From assembly GCF_028641065.1 (NCBI RefSeq), contig NC_073415.1, positions 5,146,001 to 5,210,000 of the forward strand: DNA of 64,000 nucleotides, written 5' to 3'. Below the pieces are notes generated by a model, which did not search any database, had not been told where the DNA came from, and saw nothing but the letters and a program-made list of their open reading frames with translations. Numbering within the stretch: the first letter of the stretch is position 1; the number at the start of each line of letters is the position of its first letter. Origin of the DNA: Leucoraja erinacea (lineage: Eukaryota). Shown here one piece after another: positions 32,569-43,404 of the stretch. The translations under genes and the position numbers were made by a program.

Positions 32569-35370
32569 CTGAAAATGACAAATCACACTGAACAGAAATT
32601 CATTTGATTATAGATTTATTTTCCTTATTTATTGCATGTAAAGCTTGTGAGTCTTTTAAATGTTGTTATTATAGCAAAACCTCGAAATTTTTTTAATGAA
32701 TTGTGTCATAGTCTTCAAAATATAATTATTTACTGAGTTTTGTATCGTTTTCCTTGTGGCAAGACAGATGACAAGAGCATCATGGCTTAAGTGTAGGCAG
32801 TTGCCAGCGAAAATGTGTTTATGAGCGTTGAGATCTTTACAATCCACACATAGGCACTGTAAATGAAGAGGATTATTGGTCTATTCCTCTGAACTATTGC
32901 ACAATAAACAATATAGATGCCATTGGAAGTAAATGCTTAGGTGTGGTCTCAGCGTTGTAAATGACATCAGCACAAGACATTAGATTGAAAACAAAGAGGG
33001 TGTATAATCTCTCGCATAAAGGAAACATAATATGCTCCCCTCCATTGCTCCCCTCCATTGAGTGTCCAAAACAAGCGCTGTCTGCGGAGGGCGCTCAGCA
33101 TCGCCAAGGACTGCTCTCACCCCAACCATGGACTGTTTACCCTCCTACCATCCGGGAGGCGCTACAGGTCTCTCCGTTGCCGAACCAGCAGGTCGAGGAA
33201 CAGCTTCTTTCCAGCGGCTGTCACTCTACTCAACAACGTACCTCGGTGACTGCCAATCACCAACCCCCCCCCCCCCCCCGACACTTATTATTATTTATTC
33301 AAATCGTTTGCTATGTCGCTCTTCCAGGGAGATGCTAAATGCATTTCGTTGTCTCTGTACTATACACTGACAATGACAATTAAAATTGAATCTGAATCTA
33401 ATATCTTGCCACAAGAGAACTAGACACAGAATTCAGAGAATAATTCATTTTTGAAGACCACAACATCAGTTTAAAAAAAGGGGGTGTAGGCATGGGTAGA
33501 GGTATAACATTTAAAGAACATTCACACAGAAACGTGGATAGGAGAGATTTGGAGGGATATGGGATGGAGGAAAGCAGGTTCTATGATTCTAACACGTATT
33601 ATATTTCAATATTCTCAAATGAATGCAATTGCAGGTTGTTCCAGCTGTCTTAGCTTTATCTAGGTACTATATAATGAGGCAATCATACCATGTGATTCAG
33701 ATGAATCAACTGGGTGCAAAGGAAGTGACAATTAAAGGCATATAAAAGTGTACATAAAGTAGATTGTTCTCAGCCACGTCTAGGGCAGCAGTAACCCTCC
33801 ATAGATGCTGCCTCAGCATTTTCCAGCTGAGGCAGCAATTTTGTCTACCTTCGATTTTCCAGCATCTGCAGTTCCTTCTTAAACAATAGATTTTACTTAT
33901 GTCCATTTTACATATTCCTCTAAATGTGTAGAAATGTGGAATTCACAATATCAAGAAAATATATCCATATTTACTCAGAATGCCAAACTTTTATAATAAT
34001 CTACAATAAAGTTTGATAGTAAACTGGTTGATATTTATCTACAGTAGATTTTAATGACCAAGAAAAAAATATATTTCCTAGCCACATCTAGGGCAGTAGT
34101 AACCCTTCTGGTGAAGATAATCCCAGTATTTTTGAGGAAGGAATTCCAGAATGTTGATGTAGTGATGAATAACTGGCACATTTCAAGGTCAGAATTGTGT
34201 GCAATTCAGAAGGGAAGCTGCAAGTATAAAGTATTCTCATGAACCTGTTGACTTTGTCTATCTTCATAGTCTTGTGCTGGAGATTGTGGGCTTTAGAGAT
34301 GCTGATGGAGTTGCCTGGTTGAGTAATTACAGGGGAATCTGTGGACATGTGCCAGTGGTGGATGGAATTAACGTTTGGGTACATCGATGGGTACCAATGA
34401 TGTTTTGGCCTGATGATATTGAGCTTCTCCAGAGCTGTTGATGCAACACTCAACCAGATAGTTATGGACTGCTTATATTTACTGATAAATTGCATTTGGA
34501 ATTAAACACAAAGCCTTCATCAGCAAACATTGTCACTACTTTCCTGACCTAATGTTGGCTGGAAGGAAGCTGCTGCTGATGGCTGGGCTGAGGGCACTGT
34601 TCTGAGGAACTGCAGTGATGATGTGGGGATGGGTTGATTGTCCTGGCAATCGCAACTACTTCCCCTTGTGTGACTCCAACCACTGCAGTGTTTTCCCTGT
34701 GTTACCCATTGACTTTAATTTTAATAGGACACCATGATGCCACAGTTGGTGCCTGGTTGTCAAGTGCAGTCGCCCTCAGCTCACACATTCATCTCTGATG
34801 AAGTTTGGAGCTGAGTCGCCCCACTGAAACCCAAACTCAGCATCAGTGAGTAGGTTATTATCAAAGACTTCCATAACTTTATCTTGTTCAGCTAAAAGCA
34901 CCCTTTCTCTCTGTTGGCATTTACAGCAAATTGGGGCACCAAAATATATTTGCTAATTTAAATCGGCATCGAGACACTTCCCTATTTAACAATGTTTTGT
35001 CTGAACTCAACCTAAAGAAGTGGCAATACCCGTAATCATGTCCAAGTTTAGTTCATATCTTGAAAGGACAAAAATTGTGGGGAGAATAAAGTAACTCCTC
35101 ACCACTTCTAATTTTAAATGCCTACATTTAGAAACTAATGATCAGCGGTACTTTTTGGTGTCAACTCAACAGAATCTAATGCATTAGTGACCCAGACAGG
35201 TTACAATAGGTCACTCTTTCCTTTGTTTTTACCTGCAGTGCTCCTCCAAACATTGACACCAGAACCATTAGAAGGGTCAGATATTCTGCAAATACATCCC
35301 ACCAGGGCTTCAGGATTTTGAATGCTGGGTCTTGTTCCCCAAAATATGATAGTTCTGTCACTGGAATCAT
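30256..35370 (-). CDS. Volume-regulated anion channel subunit, LRRC8 family (LRRC8C/E-type gene structure, divergent), 816 aa
   Basis: complement(join(30256-32568,35233-35370)). [98 protein letters not shown], then a C-terminal LRR domain. Confidence 0.95.
33080..33400 (+). mobile_element. Rex1/Babar-type LINE 3' fragment
   Basis: SHPNHGLFTLLPSGRRYRSLRCRTSRSRNSFFPAAVTLLN; (GAATCT)n tail. Confidence 0.75.
35233..35370 (-). CDS. LRRC8-like first coding exon (138 nt, N-terminus and TM1)
   Basis: Acceptor cttcccag a few nt before the ATG; CAG|gtaaaa donor, phase 0. Confidence 0.92.
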
Positions 35371-37784
35371 TTCTACTGGGAAGAAAAGATAATGAAGTAA
35401 AATCAAGAGCAGAAGAAATTTTCCAATTCATTCAGTGTATTGGCTAGGAGAGTTAGTACAGACCTGGATTGTTTTCTCTGGAGCATTGGAGGTTGAGGGG
35501 AGACCTGAAATAAGTTTTTTTAATTATGACAGGCATATACATTAGGGATAGACATCTTTTTCTCATGGTGGAAATGTCAAAGACTAAAGGGCATAATTTT
35601 AAGGTCAGCAGGGCAAAGTTTAAAGAAGATGTCGGGAACAGAGAATGGTGGTAGACACAGATACGATATTGGCATTTAAGAGGCTTTTCGATAGCCACAT
35701 GGATATGTAGGGAATGGGTCATGTGCAGGCAAAGGAGATTAGTTTAACTTGCTATAATGTTAGGTATGGACATTATGGGCTGAAGGGCCCGTTCCCACTC
35801 ACAGCCAAGGTGAGTTTGTTCTTGTCCTCATCAGAACACCATCAACAGCCAACTCCAGCTGGATTCACTGGATTATAATGACGACCACAAAATTGGATGG
35901 CTTTTTCTTTCCTTCCTCACGAGCACCAATGTTGATTCTAATACCCAATCTACAGTACGCCCTTGTTTTAATGGACCTCTTTATAACAGAGTTTGGTTAT
36001 AGTGGCCAGACTGTGCTATCTAAATAACAGCATGGAGCAGATATTAAACGTGGGTTAGGTGGTATGAATGGCTTAACCACTCATTCCATTACCTCGATCA
36101 TTGGGTAACTCAATGTACATGATTCAGTGTTCATCAACAACCTACTTACTTTTACTGATACTAAGTTTGGATTTCACTGGGACTGATATTTAAAAGTATT
36201 TTTTCTGCTTCACATTGTTGTAAAAAAACAAAATAATTATAGTATTGTGGGATTTTTTAACTGCTAATATGTTACTAAATTTTAAAATTATTCATTCTTT
36301 CTGCAGGCTAATAAGAATATATAATAGTCTAATATGGTGAAGACCCTAATATAATTTTCAAACCATAGGATGTTTCACTTCATGTTTTGAGGAATCATCA
36401 GATCCAGTTTTCTGACCACAGGAACAGCTTGGCCTGCTGAGCATCGCCAACATTTTCTGTTATTTTACATTATCATCAAAAATTTGGTTTTGGTTTTATC
36501 TGTTCTTGGTGAATGTTTAATTAGATAGGCTACTTTTTGTTTTTGTCTGAGACCTTAATGCTTTTCTAACCAAAGCTGATGGTAGTTATTGTACTTTCCT
36601 GCACTTACAAATTGATCAAAGTGTTTGGAATATATCGATGGGACACATTATTCTATTCAATTTAAATATAATTTAACGTGTTATTTTTGATGCTTATATG
36701 CTTAATTGAACTAGGAAGATGGCTGATCTTAATGTTCTTCAGTCCAGAATTTATTCCTGGGAATTTACACAATAGCTTGGCTGCGTTCCAGCTGAGCAGA
36801 CTGTCAGACGAAAGACAGCAGATTGGGAGCAATAATCTGCATTTCTATTTCAGCATTCTGTCGGAGAAAGAGTGAAAAAAACCATGTTGCATGATTAATT
36901 TCATCTTTAAAATTAGTTCAGGTTAAATGAGCTTGTTAGATTGATATTCAAATTTCTGATTGCTGAAGGTTTGTATTGTGTACTTTTCGTCTGCAGGTAA
37001 AAGTTATGTTTTAAATGTTGGTTGATAGGAACAAAACATAAACCAGAGTTAATGTCTCAGATCAATGACCTTTCCCCAAATCATGATGTAAAATATTAAT
37101 TGTTTATAAGACATATTAGTGTCTTCACTATAGTAGACTGTGTTCTATATTCTCCTTAGCTTGCATAAGATACTTTTAAAATGTAGCCACATCATTTTTC
37201 AAGAGAGAGTTAGATTTAGCTTATAGGGCTAAGGGAATCAAGGGATATAGGAAGAAAGCAGGAACGGGGTACTGATTTTGGATGATCAGCCATGTTCATA
37301 TTGAATGGCGGTGCTGGCTCGAAGGGCCGAATGGCCCACTCCTGCACCTATTTTCTCTGTTTCTATAATTGATAGCGCAGGGCACCACCTTCCATTTTCT
37401 GAAGTATACTTCTCAGGCAATTCCTCGAGATTGAGGATGACTTGCTTCCACTCTGCTTTAGTGGAGTCTCATGAGGCAATGTAGGAACAACAGACTGTTC
37501 CACACAAGTCCATCTTTCAAATAGGTAGCAGTTTGTAACCGAGGGCACCCCTTCTACAAGGCACCAAGGTTCCCAATACCACCCTGAATGCTCCTCCTCC
37601 ACTTGAACAACCACGGGGCCATTGCATGCAGGCAGTTAGACTGATATTGTCCTTGCAGCCTGGTGACCTTCTCTGTCAAGCATGGAATGTCATTATTTAC
37701 TTGACAGCATTTATATACTGCCAATGTTGATCCTTGACAAAGATGGAGACATGCTGGGTGACCTTCGAGTCTGTCCAAAGCAAT

Positions 37785-38100
37785 GTCTGCTGAGGGCGCT
37801 CAGCATCGCCAAGGAATGCTCTCACCCCAACCATGGACTGTTTACCCTCTTACCATCCGGGAGGCGCTACAGGTCTCTCCGTTGCCGAACCAGCAGGTCG
37901 AGGAACAGCTTCTTCCCGGCGGCTGTCACTCTACTCAACAACGTACCTCGGTGACTGAAAATCACCAACCCCCCCCCCGACACTTATTAAACATGACATT
38001 ATTAGATTGGAATCATTTGCTATGCTCTTGGAGTAAATGCATTTCGTTGCAGGTCACTGGCACTGACATTGCAATTAAAATTGAATCTGAATCTGAATCT
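37785..38100 (+). mobile_element. Rex1/Babar-type LINE 3' fragment, sister of 33080-33400
   Basis: Nearly identical coding portion, similar 5' start and (GAATCT)n tail. Confidence 0.75.
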
Positions 38101-38863
38101 CAGCAGGTCAGGCAGCATTGCTGGAGAAAATGGAGAGGTGATGTTGCATCAGACCTATATTTGTTATATCTTTGGAACAAAGCAGCATCTGCAGTTTCTT
38201 TTTATTACATGAAAACATGACATTTTTTTCTAAAAACAATCTCTGAAAGTCAGCTAAACAAATATAGAAAAGTTGTGAAGAAGAGACCCAACCACAAAGT
38301 CACATATCCATGTTCTCCAGAGAGACTGCCTGACCCTGTGAGTTATTCCAGCACATCGTGGTGTTTATTTTAATAGTAAAGATAGGCTGGAGAACGAGTA
38401 TATTTATTTTAACCTGTTCAACTGTGCAGTTGGGGAACAAAAGCCACTTTTCATTTCACTGCACATCTCGTATGTGTATGTGACGAATAAACTTGACTTG
38501 ACACAATGACCTTCAGCGATGATAACTTAGTGGTGAAATTAAACAGTTCAAAGGTGGCATCACAGACCTGTGATACCCACGTGTTGGGCTATCCTGAAAT
38601 GCCTTACAATGGCTGTAGACCGAAGGCCCATCAGAATTTTGATTTCAGTCAATGTCTTCAACAGATAATGATAATGAACGTGTAGTGGGACAAGCTGCCA
38701 GACTGCAATGCAATAACTACTGCTCACAGGATGGACCCGGCGATGCTTCGGGAGAATGGTACTTTCGTTAAAGTATAACTCAAAATAAGATGTGTCCTGG
38801 TTCCCTCGATTACTTAGTGCAAGCAAGGAAGCTCTAGAGAAAGTAAAGGAGACAATCACTTAC

Positions 38864-39150
38864 TGACAGGATTCACACCCAACGAACGTTTGTGCTCGGA
38901 GTTTAAACACTTCAATGAACCGCCGAGGGTGCAGCCAGTTGAGATTCTGTCTGAGATTCTGTCAACTTTGTTGAGGTATTCATGTCTAGAGATTGTCGAG
39001 TGATCGGGCTTGTCCTTCCAACGGCCGCTCCAACCGTCGGGAGAGACCGAGGTGCGAACGCTCCTCGCCTTCTAAACAAGTCAACGTTCCCCACCCCACC
39101 CAGAGAGCGAATTTACCGCCAATCCCGAGATTTAAAAGGGGGTGGGATCT
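38864..39150 (-). promoter_or_regulatory. Candidate promoter and non-coding first exon of the LRRC8-like gene
   Basis: Local CpG enrichment, CCACCC boxes, TTTTAAA about 39131-39137 and a consensus minus-strand donor CA|GTAAGT at 38863. The LRRC8 ATG exon starts with an acceptor, so an upstream exon is needed. Confidence 0.45.
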
Positions 39151-39300
39151 GGAAGAGAGTCTTTGAGAGCATTTGTTGGGCTTCAGACAGACGCTTAATG
39201 TTATTATTGCACTATTATTGTTGTTTTTTGTGTACGTTAGTGTGCGTATAGAAGCAATCTAATTATTGATTAGATTAGATTTGTATCTATCTTCGGTGTA

Positions 39301-39356
39301 AACATACATACACACATATACATACATACACACAATTACATAATACACACACACAG
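39301..39356. repeat. (ACAT)n/(AC)n microsatellite
   Basis: Read directly from the sequence. Confidence 0.7.
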
Positions 39357-39920
39357 TTTTAATATATAATAGATTTGCACTAATATGATCTAATTCTTTT
39401 TATTCTGGATTTTAATTCATGTATTGTGGTTTTTTTTAATGTATATATAATGTGTGATGCTTTTATAAGTGATATACTAAGATTGTATATGTACTTTATG
39501 ATGTTTTTAATATATTATGCATTTTTATGTAATGTTGTCCCTTGTCTGGACCTTGAGTCTGAAATGAAGTTTATTATTATTATTATTATTTATGTGTATT
39601 TGTGAGTATGTGCATAAATACACACACACTGAATTTGTTTTCTCTCGTTTATTATATTGTTTATAGTGTGCTATGTTTGCATATTCTGTTGTGCTGCTGC
39701 AAGTAAGATTTTCATTATTCCATCTGGGACATATGACAATAATGAGACAAGACAACAATGAACCTCCAAATGAGAAAGATTGGACATCAGCGTGTGGATA
39801 TAAGGAACTGCAGATGTTGGTTCACAAAAAAATGTAGGGAAGAATTGCAGAAATAGATATAGAATAATATCTCTCGATATCTCCATCTATATCTCTCATT
39901 TCCCTTTCACCTGGCTCTCA

Positions 39921-39952
39921 GTCTGAAGAAGGGTCTCGACCCGAAATGTCAT
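39921..39952 (+). ncRNA. Minimal type I hammerhead ribozyme motif in the Penelope-derived repeat (best-preserved copy)
   Basis: gt-CTGAAGA-A-GGGT ctcg ACCC-GAAA-tg-TC-at: conserved CUGANGA/GAAA/UH core and 4-bp stem II; predicted cleavage after 39950. Confidence 0.6.
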
Positions 39953-40362
39953 ATTTTCCTATTCTCTAGAGATGCTGCCAGACCTGCTGAGTTACACTAG
40001 CATTTTGTGTCTATGTTCAATGTAAACCAGCATCTGCAGTTCCTTACTACACAGCACATTCCCAACTCAATTTAATATTTCATCATAATTTAAAAGTCTG
40101 AAGCTGGATTGAACAATGACAATCCCAAGGCAACTACAACAAATTGGGGGACCATAGATACTAAAATGTATATATACAGTGCCCTCCACAATGTTTGGGA
40201 CAAAGACCCATCGTTTATTTATTTGCCTCTGTACTCTGTACGATTTGAGATTTGTAATCGGAAAAATCACATATGGTTAAAGTGCAAATTGTCAGATTTA
40301 AATAAAGGTAATTTTTATACATTTTGTGTGTATGTATATATACACACTCTGGTTTCCAGTTT

Positions 40363-40645
40363 ATAGAAACATAGAAATTAGGTGCAGGAGTAGGCCATTC
40401 GGCCCTTCGAGCCTGCACCGCCATTCAATATGATCATGGCTGATCATCCAACTTATCCCGTACCTGCCTTCTCTCCATACCCCCTGATCCCCTTAGCCAC
40501 AAGGGCCACATCTAACTCCCTCTTACATATAGCCAATGAACTGTGGCCTCAACTACCCTCTGTGGCAGAGAGTTCCAGAGATTCACCACTCTGTGTGAAA
40601 AAAGTTCTTCTCATCTCGGTTTTAAAGGATTTCCCCTTTATCCTT
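40363..40645 (-). mobile_element. Young CR1 3' fragment
   Basis: Reverse complement of the CR1 3' end seen at 8217-8521. Confidence 0.88.
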
Positions 40646-41809
40646 ATTGTTTACAGTGTACTATGTTTGCATATTCTGTTGTGCTGCTGCAAGATAAGAT
40701 TTGATCTGGGACATATGACAATAAAACACTCTTGACTCCTGAGTGCCCACCCCCAAGGGGAACTGCAAGGGTTAAGGGGAGAGGCGGGACCTCCGGATGA
40801 TTGCCAGCCGGCGTCTGGCGTCACGCAGGGGCGGAAAGGTCGGGTGGAATCGGAAGGCCGCGGGCGCAAACCACAGGTAAAATAAAATTTACGGCAAGCA
40901 ACGCGAATTCAACTGCTCTATATATATGTATAGGTTTATTGGGGTGTGTGTGGGGGGGAGAGAGATGGTGAGGCGGAAACAAAATGGGTTGAAAGTGGGC
41001 GAGAAGGGGAGGTGGCGGCGCCTCGGTACGGGCCCGAGTGCTGGAGCCGCGGCCTCGGGTACATCATCTTGCCGCCTCATCGTCCTACCCTGCCCGTCTG
41101 AACAAAGGTCCCTCCCCCCCCCCCCACCCGAAACCTCACCCATTCCTTCTTTCCACAGATGCTGTCTGACGCGTGGAGTTACTCCAGCACTTTGTGTCTA
41201 TCTTCTGTGCAAACCAGCATCTGTAGTTCCTTCCTACACAGTTATAATAACTATTAGTTCTGGTATCATCCCTGTGTATTGTATACAAACTTAGAATTCG
41301 CGTTTTGAATTGGGTACCAACTTAGAATTCAAATTTTGAATTGGGTGGGCCCTCAATTCCACACACAATGGTGGTCGGGAGTTATGGTGAGAATGCAGGA
41401 GAATGGGGTTGAGAGGGAAAGCTAGCACTGCCATGGTTGAAATGGTGGAATAGACAATAGACAATAGGTGCAGGAGTACACCATTCGGCCCTTCAATGTG
41501 ATCATGGCTGATCATCCCCAATCAGTACCCCGTTCCTGCCTTCTCCACTGACTCCGCTATCTTTAAGAGCCGAATGGCCTAATTCTGTTCCTTTAATTTA
41601 GGGACGTGAATAAGTCAGCCTGTTTTCCCTTCCAGAAGTAAACCAGTTCACCCTTATCGCAACCTTTGTTATCCCACGAGTCACGTCCTTAAAGTCCAAC
41701 AGTCCATTCAATAGCTCAGTCTAAAGAAGGGTCTCGACCCGAAACGTCACCATTCCTTCTCTCCAGAGATGCTGCCTGTCCCACTGAGTTACGCCAGCTT
41801 TTTGTGTCT

Positions 41810-42390
41810 ATCTTGTTTGTCTGCCTGACTCTTATATATCGGCGAGACCAAGCTCAGACTGGGCGATCATTTCGCTGAACACCTCTGCTCAATCTGCCTT
41901 GGCCTATGTGATCTCTGGGTTGCTTTAACACTTTAACTCCCCCTCCCATTTGTCTTTCTGTCCTGGGTCTCTTCCACTGTCAGAGTGAGACGCAGGGCAA
42001 ACTGGAGGAACAGCACCTCATATTTCACGTGGACAGCTTACAACCCAGCTGTATGAATATTGATTTCTCTAACTTCAAGTAACCCTTGCTTTCTCTCTCC
42101 CTCTATGTGTCTCTCCCCCACGCTAGTTCTACTAGTTTCTCTATCCTCCTGATTAATTTTACTGATGTTATGGCTCATTGTTACTTTCCGCTCAGCTAAC
42201 AATGAACCATTCTACATTTCCTTGAACAGCACCTCATCTGCTCTGTCCTTTTCACACCGTACTCTTCCATATTTCTTACTTCCCTCTCCCCTGTCTGTCT
42301 GAAGAAGTGTCGACTCAAAACATCCCCTATTCCTTTTCTCCAGAGATGCTGCCTGTCCCACTGAGACACTGCTGCATTTTGTGTCTGACT
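41810..42390 (+). mobile_element. Penelope-like element remnant (GIY-YIG C-terminus and 3' repeat)
   Basis: LYIGETKLRLGDHFAEHL at about 41833-41886, running into the CTGAAGAAG..GATGCTGCCTG repeat. Confidence 0.8.
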
Positions 42391-42512
42391 TGTGAAGCAG
42401 CGGCGAGTAGATGTTCTGTATAGGATGGAACTGCAGATGCTGATTTTACACCGAAGATAAGACACAAATGCTGGAGTAACTTAGTGGGATAGGCAGCATA
42501 TCTGGAGAAAAG

Positions 42513-42781
42513 GCACAGTGGTCCAATAGTAGAGATGCTGCCTTTCAGCATCAGAGACCCGGGTTCAATCCTGACTACTGGTGTTATCTGCAGAGTTTGT
42601 ACGTTCTGCCCATGAATGTGTGGGTTTTCTCCGGATGCTCCGGTTTCCTACCACACTCCAAAGACGTGCAGATTAACCGCCTTTGTATAATTGTACCCAG
42701 TGTGTAGGATAGCGTTAGTGTGCAGAGGTTGCTGGCCAGCATTTTGAAGGGCCTGTTTCCACGCTGTAATTCTAAACTAAA
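42513..42781 (+). mobile_element. V-SINE (HE1-like)
   Basis: GGTTCAATCC B box, V-domain (GTGTGGGTTTTCTCCGGATGCTCCGGTTTCC), CTAAACTAAA tail. Confidence 0.8.
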
Positions 42782-42878
42782 AGGATGGGTGAGGTTTTGT
42801 GTCGAGACCCTTCCTTTAATTTCTTCTCTCCAGAGATGCTGCCTGACCCGCTGAGTTACTCCAGCACTTTGTGTCTAT

Positions 42879-43352
42879 CACAAGGTTCACCAGACTGATT
42901 CCTGGGATGTCAGGACTTTCATATGGAGAAAGACTGGATAGACTCGGTTTGTACTCGCTAGAATTTAGAAGATTGAGGGGGGATCTTATAGAAACTTACA
43001 AAAATTCTTAAGGGGTTGGACAGGCTAGATGCAGGAAGATTGTTCCCGATGTTGGGGAAGTCCAGAACAAGGGGTCATAGTTTAAGGATATGGGGGAAAT
43101 CTTTTAGGACTGAGATGAGGAAGACTTTTTTCACACAGAGAGTGGTGAATCTCTGGAATTCTCTGCCGCAGAAGGTAGTTGAGGCCAGTTCATTGGCTAT
43201 ATTTAAGAGGGAGTTAGATGTGGCCCTTGTGGCTAAAGGGATCAGGGGGTATGGAGAGAAGGCAGGAATAGGATACTGAGTTGGATGATCAGCCATGATC
43301 ATATTGAATGGCGGTGCAGGCTTGAAGGGCTACTCCTGCACCTATTTTCTAT
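42879..43352 (+). mobile_element. Young CR1 3' fragment
   Basis: RFTRLIPG..RRLRGDLIETYK with a 1-nt frameshift; same family as 6622-7249. Confidence 0.88.
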
Positions 43353-43404
43353 CTCCAGAGATGCTGCCTGACCCACTGAGTTACTCCAACACTTTATGTC
43401 TGTC

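Noticed and set aside
32569-32586. MICHFQ start of the 776-aa ORF
   Set aside because: Intronic read-through upstream of the acceptor; the true N-terminus is exon 35233-35370.
42513-42590. tRNA-like A/B boxes
   Set aside because: Head of a V-SINE, continuing into the V-domain and LINE tail; not a tRNA gene.
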